The notes beneath the pieces are model-generated. The model was not told the origin of the DNA. It saw only the letters and a program-made list of their open reading frames with translations, and did no database searches. Positions 9,572 to 18,222 of a stretch of DNA of 60,779 bases are shown in pieces. Numbering within the stretch: the stretch's first letter is position 1; the number at the start of each line of letters is the position of its first letter. The DNA is from a bacterium (lineage in GTDB: Bacteria; Patescibacteriota; Minisyncoccia; 2-01-FULL-47-10; JBBIMT01): the NCBI GenBank assembly GCA_037443185.1, contig JBBIOV010000004.1:1-60779 (forward strand), given 5' to 3'. Position numbers and translations under genes: made by a program.

Positions 9572-9593
9572 AAATTTATGATATCATAAATTT
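9572..9593. promoter_or_regulatory. 22-bp perfect palindrome over a putative -10 (operator candidate)
   Basis: AAATTTATGATATCATAAATTT. The minus strand gives TTTACT-16-TATCAT. Confidence 0.5.
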
Positions 9594-9608
9594 TTGAAAA
9601 GTAAAGTG

Positions 9609-9950
9609 TTATTTTATTTTTGAACCCACCTTAATTTTTTTATGTGGTCCAATTAAAACTATCTTACCTGATTCATCAGAGGCAGCAAGAAGCATTCCTT
9701 GAGAAATGACTCCCATTAAATTTCGCGGTTCTAAATTTACAACAATAACTATTAATTTATTCACCAAATCTTTTGGTTTATAAAATTTGGCAATACCAGC
9801 AACAATTGTTCTTTTTTCCTTACCTAATCTGACTTCCAATTTCAATAATTTTTCAGACTCTTTAATCTTTTGAGCTGATAAAATTTTGGCTACTCTTAAA
9901 TCGATTTTAGAAAAGTAATCGTAGTTTATGGTGTTCATTTTTTGAATCAT
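9609..9950 (-). CDS. Stand-alone tRNA-binding OB-fold protein (Trbp111/CsaA/MetG C-domain)
   Basis: FSKIDLRVAKI, SEKLLKLEVRLG, RTIVAGIA, NLEPR.LMG..SQGMLLAA. Confidence 0.9.
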   Translation of the reverse strand: MIQKMNTINYDYFSKIDLRVAKILSAQKIKESEKLLKLEVRLGKEKRTIVAGIAKFYKPKDLVNKLIVIVVNLEPRNLMGVISQGMLLAASDESGKIVLIGPHKKIKVGSKIK

Positions 9951-10022
9951 TCAAATTTTATTTAATTTTTTAAAATCAACGACCACAATAATATTTCTTA
10001 TAAGAAAGTAACATAGTTTATA

Positions 10023-13000
10023 TTAATCATCAATAATTATGTTTTCTTGAGTAACATTTGCTCCTTCTACAATTTCAATAGCTGGATAAGCTGAATATTT
10101 TATCTTAACATTTTTAAGTACGCCTGATGAACCGTTTTCATATTGAATCGCTTTCCAGTTATTTGGCAAAGGCAAAGAAGCGTCTCCATCATTGTTTGTA
10201 TCACCACCTATTAAATCATCGTGAAAATCAGTGATATAAATAGGTTTATCAAGAGTACCGTTAAACTCTAAAGTGCCGCCTGATTTAACTTTGAAAATAT
10301 ACCAAGGAAAATCCCAGAATATTTTAAAAATAGTTCCTTCTTGAATATTAATTTTACCGCCACTACCAATTAAAGCCTGATTGACTATAATATAGGGAAC
10401 TTCATTTTGTAAGGTAACTTCTTCTTTAATAGGAGAAGTATCAACGATACTTTGGGAAAAATAAATTCCGTTATAGGTATTATTAGTTAAAGTGATATTC
10501 TTAATTGTTATGATAATATCGTCATAATCTTCTTGTAAAATAGCCTTGTCAGCTCCAATAATAGACACATCTTCTAAATGAAGAAGAGTTTTTTCTGGGG
10601 GATTGTAAATTTCTGGAGAACGATTATGAATACCAACATACCGACCACTGATGATCTGGCTGTTTTTTAAAGAAACATCTCCTGATAAAATATCAACTCC
10701 AATAGAGCCTTTAATCCCTTCATTTACAATTTTGATTTTTTCTAAAGAAACTTTTTTAGTTAAAGGATTTTTAATCATTAGACTTTGAGCAATAGATTCA
10801 AAGGAAACATTCTTTAAAGCGACATTAGAATTAATGATTTTTAGCCCCACCCCTAAACTATTTTTAAAAAGAACATCTTCTAAAGTAGCTTCAGAACTAT
10901 TCTTAATTAGCACCATTTCATTTAATTGATTGGGATAATAAACAAAGGGATTGGAATTTAAACCACCAAAAGAAAATTCTACATTCTTGAAAATAGCCTT
11001 GCCGGCATTTATGGATATTCCTTGCCAGTCACCAGGTTGTGGGTTTTGGCAAGATGAAGTAAAGATAATTGGTTTTTCGTTAGTACCTTGAGCATCAATA
11101 GTGCCAAAACTTTTAAGCAAGTAAAAATCCCGAGGACAACTTAAAGGCATTATTTTAACTCCAGGCATAATTTTTAAAGTAGCACCTTGTAAAATAGTCA
11201 GATAATCCCACTGGTCAGAAGCGATAAAATAAGGAAAATCTGAATCATTTTCATACATTACCCAGTCCTGTCCGATGACAGTTGCAAAACCACTGCCTGA
11301 AAAGAGAGTAATGCCGTTATATTGATTATTTCTTCCTGAATTATTTTTGAAAATAGGAGCCGGATAAACATTTTGTCCATTAATGAGTTCGCCTTGAGAG
11401 TGAATAAATATAGGATGATAAAAGCCTTCAAAAGAGTTATTGATAATTTGGGGACTAATGGGACGCAAAACAGAGATGCCGTAAACCCATTTATTGGGAG
11501 TATCGGCTTTTAAGAGACTGTTTTGTAAAGAAAATGAGGAGGATTGTAAATTGAAAATGTTAGAAGGAAGAGGTTTTGAAAATTGAATATTAACATTCAA
11601 ATATTCAAGAAAAGATTGTGAAGTATCTTTAAATAAGAAAAAATCAAGATAATCTCTATTAAAATTGTTTAGACTATCTGAGTCTAAAGATATATGTATA
11701 TTTTCTGAAGCACTGCCTAAAGCCTTAAAGACACCTTGAATTTCAAAAGCACTGATACGCTGTCTAGGATTAAAATTAAAAGGGGCTGATACTGAAGGAG
11801 AAACATATTTAAATATTATTTGAGTTCCTGAAGTGATGTTCAGTGAAGCTTGAGCGTCTAAAAGAGGATGGCTATATTCAGAAAATTCTATAATGTAAGG
11901 ACTTTTTCTTTGGCACCAATAATTTTGATTTCGAAGAATAGTCGTTTGATTGATGATTGTTTGAAAATTCGTATCATTTTGAGAAGTTAAAGTAAAATCA
12001 TTTTCTTTTTTGGGGGTGCCTAAAATAACTTTTCCATTTTTATCTTGAACCTTTGGCAGGCAATCTTCATTGAAACCATCATTTAAATAAAGTGCCCAGA
12101 ATGACAAATCTTTTCTTTGAATAGAACGAGAAGTTGAGTCGTTTTCTTTTTTAAGCCAACCTTGAGAAAAATCAACTTCATCAATGATTAAATTGAAATT
12201 ATCTACTAAAGCAATCTTTTGGCCTGACAGATTAAAAGGAAAATGAAATATTTTATCTGCTTCAATTTGGGGTAAATCTTCATTATTTAAATACTTAAGC
12301 AAATAAAAACCTTGGGGAGGGATTTTATCATCTTCAGTGAAAGTTAACTGATAATCTTCCCATTTTAAGCTAAAACCATTTAAATTAATCTCATCTTCAG
12401 TCAAATTTTTTAATTCCAACCATTGATTTTGAACATTGTTGAAATCTATATAAATCTCATTGATTAAAATTTGATTTTGAAATTTTGAAAATACTGGCTG
12501 ATTTGTCGAATTATCTTGTTCTTTTTCGTTGTCATTTAAATTTTCGTTTTCTTTTCGAGAAGAATAATTATCATTTGAAAAGTTTTGAAAGATGCTAATG
12601 TTGTCATTTGTAATATTTTGATTTTGTAACATTGAAGAAGACGAGGATAAGGTAGAAATGACTGAATCGTCAGTTTTGTTAAGAGAGGGGCCGCCAGGAA
12701 TTAAAAGGAAAGTCGAGGGTAAATTTTGTTTTATTTCATTTAAGGAATTGGTTGAATATTGTCCAGACAAATGAGCTTGATAATAGTTCCAGGTGGCTTG
12801 ATAAATATCTTCAGATAATTTTTGGATATCAATTAATTTTTGATTTTCTTCATTATTGACATTATCTTTAAAAATAGTTGATGGGGTTTGGTTAATGTGT
12901 TTAGGGTTAAGTTTTACATCAAAAGCAGAAATCAAAGAAATGTTTTCAAAGCTCGATTGATTATAATTATCTTTTGTTAAGGTATTAGAACTAGAATTTA

Positions 13001-14081
13001 ATGATTGATATTCTTGAAATGTAGGAAATGCTGTTTTTATATGATTATTATCACCTATAAATCTAACAGATAAATATCCTTTTTTTATGTAATTATCTAT
13101 TGTTTTTAAGATCTCGTTAAAGACATGATAGCCACTTTTTATTCCTGAAGCTATAACATCAGCTAATAAAGCCGTAGAGTAATCTATTACCTTAAAACCA
13201 ACAATAACAGTATTGATGTATCCTTTATAAACTGTTTTAAAAATGGTAGCGCCTATGTCTGTTAAAAAATCTCCTGTATTAATTAAAAAACCTTCGGTTT
13301 TAAAGAGCCAATTATCAGATGGTGGATTAAAACAACCGCTTGCTGATGATTGAATATCTTCAGAAACAAAAAGTTTTTTGAGCGCGTTTTCAATTTCTAT
13401 AATTATTCTTGAGGCAGCATTGGCTAAATAAACATTTCTTAAAGAATGACCGCCCCAGAGATTTTTTGCCTCTTTGGGACTTAAAGGAATATCTATATTG
13501 GCTGGAAGCGGAGGATTGATTTTTAATTGAGTGGCCAATTTTCTGACAAAATTGATTACTTTATCATTGCTACTGGTAATGTAAAGACCATCTCCAGCAA
13601 TATAATGAGCTGGAGTAGCAATATCATATACTGCCAGTGATTCTTTAGGGAAGCCGTTTTGAATTAAATATTCATAAATTTGATTGGCGTATAAAGTTCC
13701 CTGCGAATATCCTAAAAGCAAAAGTTTTTTTGTTGTTAAATTTTTATGCAAATCAAGAAGCATTTTCTTTAAGTCATAACTATTTAAAGGCATTCCAGCA
13801 AGTTGACTGGCAGTTTGTAAAAGATCCCCCGCGCCTTGAAAATGGGAAGGGTTGTAGAGATGTTTGATATAAACTTTTTCATCTTTATAATAATTAAATA
13901 AAATGTCTTCAAAGTTTCTTTTATCTTTTTTAGCCTCATCCTCGTTAGTTAAAATTCCATTGACATAAAAGATACTATACCCAGCAGATTCGCAGGCTTG
14001 ATCCTGCCCTTTAACGAATGGGACGATTATTATAAACGATATGACAATAAAAATGCTAACAGTAATTATTCTTTTTTTCAT
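10023..14081 (-). CDS. Large secreted protein: alpha/beta-hydrolase (GYSQG), lamin-tail domain, parallel beta-helix repeats
   Basis: Signal peptide MKKRIITVSIF...VKG. Then VNGILT, LLGYSQG, SSND, GGHSL; ILINEI...WLELKN; and repeated 'GT...PI.FTS...GDWQGI' modules. Start trimmed to MKKRII. Confidence 0.8.
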   Translation of the reverse strand: MKKRIITVSIFIVISFIIIVPFVKGQDQACESAGYSIFYVNGILTNEDEAKKDKRNFEDILFNYYKDEKVYIKHLYNPSHFQGAGDLLQTASQLAGMPLNSYDLKKMLLDLHKNLTTKKLLLLGYSQGTLYANQIYEYLIQNGFPKESLAVYDIATPAHYIAGDGLYITSSNDKVINFVRKLATQLKINPPLPANIDIPLSPKEAKNLWGGHSLRNVYLANAASRIIIEIENALKKLFVSEDIQSSASGCFNPPSDNWLFKTEGFLINTGDFLTDIGATIFKTVYKGYINTVIVGFKVIDYSTALLADVIASGIKSGYHVFNEILKTIDNYIKKGYLSVRFIGDNNHIKTAFPTFQEYQSLNSSSNTLTKDNYNQSSFENISLISAFDVKLNPKHINQTPSTIFKDNVNNEENQKLIDIQKLSEDIYQATWNYYQAHLSGQYSTNSLNEIKQNLPSTFLLIPGGPSLNKTDDSVISTLSSSSSMLQNQNITNDNISIFQNFSNDNYSSRKENENLNDNEKEQDNSTNQPVFSKFQNQILINEIYIDFNNVQNQWLELKNLTEDEINLNGFSLKWEDYQLTFTEDDKIPPQGFYLLKYLNNEDLPQIEADKIFHFPFNLSGQKIALVDNFNLIIDEVDFSQGWLKKENDSTSRSIQRKDLSFWALYLNDGFNEDCLPKVQDKNGKVILGTPKKENDFTLTSQNDTNFQTIINQTTILRNQNYWCQRKSPYIIEFSEYSHPLLDAQASLNITSGTQIIFKYVSPSVSAPFNFNPRQRISAFEIQGVFKALGSASENIHISLDSDSLNNFNRDYLDFFLFKDTSQSFLEYLNVNIQFSKPLPSNIFNLQSSSFSLQNSLLKADTPNKWVYGISVLRPISPQIINNSFEGFYHPIFIHSQGELINGQNVYPAPIFKNNSGRNNQYNGITLFSGSGFATVIGQDWVMYENDSDFPYFIASDQWDYLTILQGATLKIMPGVKIMPLSCPRDFYLLKSFGTIDAQGTNEKPIIFTSSCQNPQPGDWQGISINAGKAIFKNVEFSFGGLNSNPFVYYPNQLNEMVLIKNSSEATLEDVLFKNSLGVGLKIINSNVALKNVSFESIAQSLMIKNPLTKKVSLEKIKIVNEGIKGSIGVDILSGDVSLKNSQIISGRYVGIHNRSPEIYNPPEKTLLHLEDVSIIGADKAILQEDYDDIIITIKNITLTNNTYNGIYFSQSIVDTSPIKEEVTLQNEVPYIIVNQALIGSGGKINIQEGTIFKIFWDFPWYIFKVKSGGTLEFNGTLDKPIYITDFHDDLIGGDTNNDGDASLPLPNNWKAIQYENGSSGVLKNVKIKYSAYPAIEIVEGANVTQENIIIDD

Positions 14082-14118
14082 AAATTTATCTTTGTAGTTT
14101 CTTTTTGAATAGATAAAT

Positions 14119-14805
14119 TTAGTTAGGTAAAATAGATAAATCAATGTCGCATTCATTGCCCAAATCTCCGCTTGTACGCGCCATTTTATAAAAATCTTGT
14201 TCTCTTTTTTTTCTTTCGTAAGTGTTGAATTGTTTTTCTTCTACAAAATTAATAAGTTCATCCTTTTTCCTAAAGAATTCTTTGAGGTCGACTTTAGGAA
14301 TAGTAGAAGTAAGACAATAAGAAGCAGTACTACTTTTTTCTTCCCAAAAAGTAGCAATCTCTTCATTAACAAAGGGAACTAAAGCAGTAATTTGTAAAGA
14401 TTGAGCATATTGTAAAAGTTGAGCTCGCATTTTAGCAGAATGAGGATATTCTTTAAAGATAGCTAGTTCAACATCATCTCGAATACCATTTTTATTGACA
14501 TCAACTCCTTCCAAGGTAGCATCTTTGACCTCAGGGTTAGGCTCAGGAGGAAGATTTTTGCCTAAAACATCATCTAAAGTAAGTTTAGTATTGTTGATTT
14601 TAATAATAATATCTTTAGTAGCTTCTTTTTGTAAAAAAGTAGGTAGTCTGATTAAAGTAATAATCATTAAAAGGATAAACATTATTAAAAATGAGACCCA
14701 AAGACGATGTAAATATTTTTTTAGTTTTGATTCTTTTTTAATGGTAGTTATCTCTGGTGTTTCTATGTTTAAGTTTGAATCCATATTTTTGTAATACCCT
14801 TTCAA
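14119..14805 (-). CDS. Membrane-anchored protein with a DATLEGVDVNKNGIRDDVE motif
   Basis: Single N-terminal TM and a DxNxNGxxD-like acidic loop. Lies immediately upstream of the large hydrolase gene on the same strand. Confidence 0.75.
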   Translation of the reverse strand: MKGYYKNMDSNLNIETPEITTIKKESKLKKYLHRLWVSFLIMFILLMIITLIRLPTFLQKEATKDIIIKINNTKLTLDDVLGKNLPPEPNPEVKDATLEGVDVNKNGIRDDVELAIFKEYPHSAKMRAQLLQYAQSLQITALVPFVNEEIATFWEEKSSTASYCLTSTIPKVDLKEFFRKKDELINFVEEKQFNTYERKKREQDFYKMARTSGDLGNECDIDLSILPN

Positions 14806-14940
14806 AATTAAACTTCTTAAAAGGATATATTGTTTTAAAAAAGATAATTTTTATGCTCTTAAAATATTTTTTCAAGATTCTTTCTTTAACAATTTATCAA
14901 CATAATTATTAACAAGCGAAGATAAAAGAAATTTAAGAAT

Positions 14941-17025
14941 TTATGATTTAGTTTTTAGATTAGTAGAACATTCTTTATTAGAACATTTTTCTTTTTTCCA
15001 ACGATTAAGCCCCATTAAAGCACCACAAACTGAACAGATATGCCCAGTAGGTTTATCCCACATTGCATATTTACAATCGGGGTAACGCGAACAAGAGTAA
15101 AAAATTTTTTTGCGCCGTGTTTTTCGTTCCACTATTTCACCTACTTTACATTGCGGACACTTTATATGAGTAGATACCAAAATATTTTCCGTAAAGTCAC
15201 ATTCTGGATATTTTGAGCAAGAATAAAATTTACCAAACCGACCTAATTTAATGACAACGAAATTGCCGCATTTAGGACAAATTCGATCTGTTTTTTCATC
15301 TTCTTTTTTCTCAATCTCCTTATATTTCTCTTCAAGAAGTTTTTCAAATGGCTCGTAAAAATTTTTTAAAGTTGGAATAAGGCTTTTTTTACCTGAAGCA
15401 ATTTCATCTAACTCATCTTCCATATGAGCTGTAAAATTAACATCGACAATTTGCGGAAAATGATTTGAAAGTAAATCACTGACAGCAAAACCTATTTCTT
15501 GGGGTATAAGTTTTTTATTTTCATCTTTAATAATATATTGTCGTTTAAATAAAGTTTCAATGATTGGAGCATAAGTTGAGGGCCTCCCTATCCCAAAATC
15601 TTTTAAAGTTTTTATAAGTGAACTTTCGGTAAATCGCGCTGGTGGTTTTGTGAATTTTTGTTGTGGATTAACTTCCTGCAGCTGCGCCTTATCAGAAAGG
15701 AAAATCTCTGGCAATACTGTTTCTTTAAGCCTCATCTGGTAAACTTTCAAAAAACCTTCAAATTTTAAAATTTGACCTTTTGCTTCAAAAGTAAATTCTC
15801 TTTGAGCGTCTTCAATATTAATCAAAGTATTTTCAAAAATGGCTGACGACATTTGAGTCGCTAAAGCGCGAGACCAAATTAAGTTATAAAGTTTATATTG
15901 ATCAGGAGTAAGATCACTTTTGATGTTTTCAGGAACAAAATAAATATTTGTTGGTCTAATTGCCTCATGGGCTTCTTGAGAAAGTTTTGATTTGTTCTTA
16001 AAAATGCGCAGCGAAGACGCAAGATACCTCTTTCCAAAATTTTTTTCAATAAAATCACGAAATTGCGATATCGCCTTTTGAGATAAATGCACTGAATCAG
16101 TTCTCATATAAGTAATTAGCCCAATTCTTTCATAATTTTTGATGTTTACACCTTCGTAGAGTTGTTGAGCAATCAACATTGTTTTTTGCGCTGAAAATCC
16201 CAGTTTATAAGCCGCATCCTGTTGAAGCGTTGCTGTTATATAAGGCGGTAAAGGGTTTTTTAAAATTTCTTTTTTTTCAGCAATTACTACTTCCCAAAGG
16301 TCTTTTAGTAAAATTTTTTCTTTAATCTTTACAGCCATTTCTTTATTTTTAATATCAAATTGTTTTAATTTCTGTTGATTAATTTTGGTTAACTGAGTCT
16401 TTATAATTTTATCATTATCATCACAGTGTTGAATTTTAAATAGCCCAAAAATCTCCCAATATTCTTCAGGTTTAAAATTTTGTATTTCTCTTTCACGATC
16501 AACAATTAATTTCAAAGCCGCTGATTGAACTCGACCGGCTGAAAGTCCACTGGCTATTTTTTTCCATAAAAGAGGTGAAAGTTTATAGCCTACAAGTCTA
16601 TCTAAAATCCGGCGTGCTTTTTGGGCATCGACCAAATTTAAATCTATATCTCGAGGATTTTTAATAGCTTCTAAAATAGCTTCTTTTGTAATTTCGTGAA
16701 AGACTATCCTTTTAAAATTTTTAGCTCTGTTTTGACTTAAAATTTCTTTTAAATGATAAGCAATTGCTTCTCCTTCGCGATCTTCATCAGTAGCAAGGAT
16801 AATTTCTTTTTCATTTTTAGCTTTCTCTTTTAGAACTTTAACATTTTTTTTGGCTTTTTGCGGAATCACATATTTAATTTGAAAATCTTTTTTAACATCA
16901 ACTCCAAGAGAGCTTTTAGGTAAATCACGAATATGACCAAAAGAAGATTCCACTCGGTATTTGGAACCTAAAAAACCTTTTATCGTCTTTGCTTTTGTTG
17001 GTGATTCAACAATAACTAAACTCAT
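14941..17025 (-). CDS. topA: DNA topoisomerase I
   Basis: LVIVESPTKAKTI, ATDEDREGEAIA, SAGRVQS, LITYMRTDS, AHEAIRPT, GIGRPSTYA, C-terminal zinc ribbons. Confidence 0.98.
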   Translation of the reverse strand: MSLVIVESPTKAKTIKGFLGSKYRVESSFGHIRDLPKSSLGVDVKKDFQIKYVIPQKAKKNVKVLKEKAKNEKEIILATDEDREGEAIAYHLKEILSQNRAKNFKRIVFHEITKEAILEAIKNPRDIDLNLVDAQKARRILDRLVGYKLSPLLWKKIASGLSAGRVQSAALKLIVDREREIQNFKPEEYWEIFGLFKIQHCDDNDKIIKTQLTKINQQKLKQFDIKNKEMAVKIKEKILLKDLWEVVIAEKKEILKNPLPPYITATLQQDAAYKLGFSAQKTMLIAQQLYEGVNIKNYERIGLITYMRTDSVHLSQKAISQFRDFIEKNFGKRYLASSLRIFKNKSKLSQEAHEAIRPTNIYFVPENIKSDLTPDQYKLYNLIWSRALATQMSSAIFENTLINIEDAQREFTFEAKGQILKFEGFLKVYQMRLKETVLPEIFLSDKAQLQEVNPQQKFTKPPARFTESSLIKTLKDFGIGRPSTYAPIIETLFKRQYIIKDENKKLIPQEIGFAVSDLLSNHFPQIVDVNFTAHMEDELDEIASGKKSLIPTLKNFYEPFEKLLEEKYKEIEKKEDEKTDRICPKCGNFVVIKLGRFGKFYSCSKYPECDFTENILVSTHIKCPQCKVGEIVERKTRRKKIFYSCSRYPDCKYAMWDKPTGHICSVCGALMGLNRWKKEKCSNKECSTNLKTKS

Positions 17026-17188
17026 TTTAATGTTAAATAATGAAGAGAAGTTGAACTTTTAAAAATATTTGAAAATCTTAGGAGCTTTAAGATTATAAAC
17101 TTTAACGATGTATTAAATAAGCAGCAGTTATCAATTAATATTTAAAATTTTTAACTAATAAATCTTTATTTTTAATTTTAAGTAAAAT

Positions 17189-18082
17189 TTACTCAAGAAC
17201 ATATCTTTTGTTGCCTATATCTTTTATTTTTCCGGCTATTTCCATTTTAGTTATTATAACTAAAAGCTTGCTCAACTCAATATTTAATTTTTTTGATATT
17301 TCGTCAATAGAGTGCGGTTTTGCCTTTAAAATATTGATGATTGAAAGCCAATGATTAAAATCTTCATCTTGATTTGACACTCCGGTATTAACTTCTTTTT
17401 TGTGGTGCAATTTTTCTATAAATAACGATTTTTTCTTTAAATAATTTAAAATATCTTTAGGTGAAACAGCAAGATATGCTAAACTTTTCTTTATCAAATT
17501 ATTGGTTGCTTCATAATTTTTAGAATAAATAGAACCAGGAATAGCAAAAAGTGGCCGCTTATATTTTTTAGCAAAAGCAGCAGTTATCATTGCTCCTGAT
17601 TGAAAAGGCGCTTCAACGATTAAAACGCCCAAGGAGATTCCAGCGATTATTCTATTTCTTTTTTTAAAATTTGAGGGAAAAACTTTAGCGCCTGGAGGAT
17701 ATTCACTAATGATTAAACCTCCTTCTTTTAATATTTTATGAGCCAATTTTATCTGACTAGAAGGTGTAATATTATTAAGAGCACTGCCTAAAACCGCAAT
17801 AGTTTTACTTCTACCTGCCATTGCCCCTTCATGAGCCGATGAATCAATACCAAAAGCTAAACCACTGACAATATTTAATCCAGCAAAAGAAAGTTCAAAA
17901 GCAAATTTTTTTGCCGTCTCTTTGCCTTCTGTTAAACATTTTCTTGTTCCCACTATTGCAAAGCAAGGCTCATTAAGTAAATCTAAATTTCCGCTTGCAT
18001 AAATTTTTTGGGGCGCACCTGGAAGATTTTTTAAAAGTTTTGGGTATTGATTTTGATTTTGCGATAAACAAAAGATTTCCAT
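17189..18082 (-). CDS. dprA: DNA-processing protein DprA
   Basis: AIVGTR, IVSGLAFGIDSSAH, F..RNRIIAG, VEA...SGAM.TA, and a C-terminal winged helix. Sits upstream of topA. Confidence 0.95.
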   Translation of the reverse strand: MEIFCLSQNQNQYPKLLKNLPGAPQKIYASGNLDLLNEPCFAIVGTRKCLTEGKETAKKFAFELSFAGLNIVSGLAFGIDSSAHEGAMAGRSKTIAVLGSALNNITPSSQIKLAHKILKEGGLIISEYPPGAKVFPSNFKKRNRIIAGISLGVLIVEAPFQSGAMITAAFAKKYKRPLFAIPGSIYSKNYEATNNLIKKSLAYLAVSPKDILNYLKKKSLFIEKLHHKKEVNTGVSNQDEDFNHWLSIINILKAKPHSIDEISKKLNIELSKLLVIITKMEIAGKIKDIGNKRYVLE

Positions 18083-18094
18083 AACAAGATGGAA

Positions 18095-18123
18095 ATCTTA
18101 TGCTCTAATCTTGATTTTGTCAA
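18095..18123 (-). promoter_or_regulatory. sigma70 promoter of dprA (very short leader)
   Basis: TTGACA-17-TAAGAT, ending 12 nt before the ATG. No SD. Confidence 0.6.
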
Positions 18124-18222
18124 ATTTATTATAATTAAGCCAGTCACTTAATTGAAATGATTATTTTGAAATATTTAATTTAATGTATTTTATTTTAAAG
18201 CTAAAAGTAGATTGTATTTACT

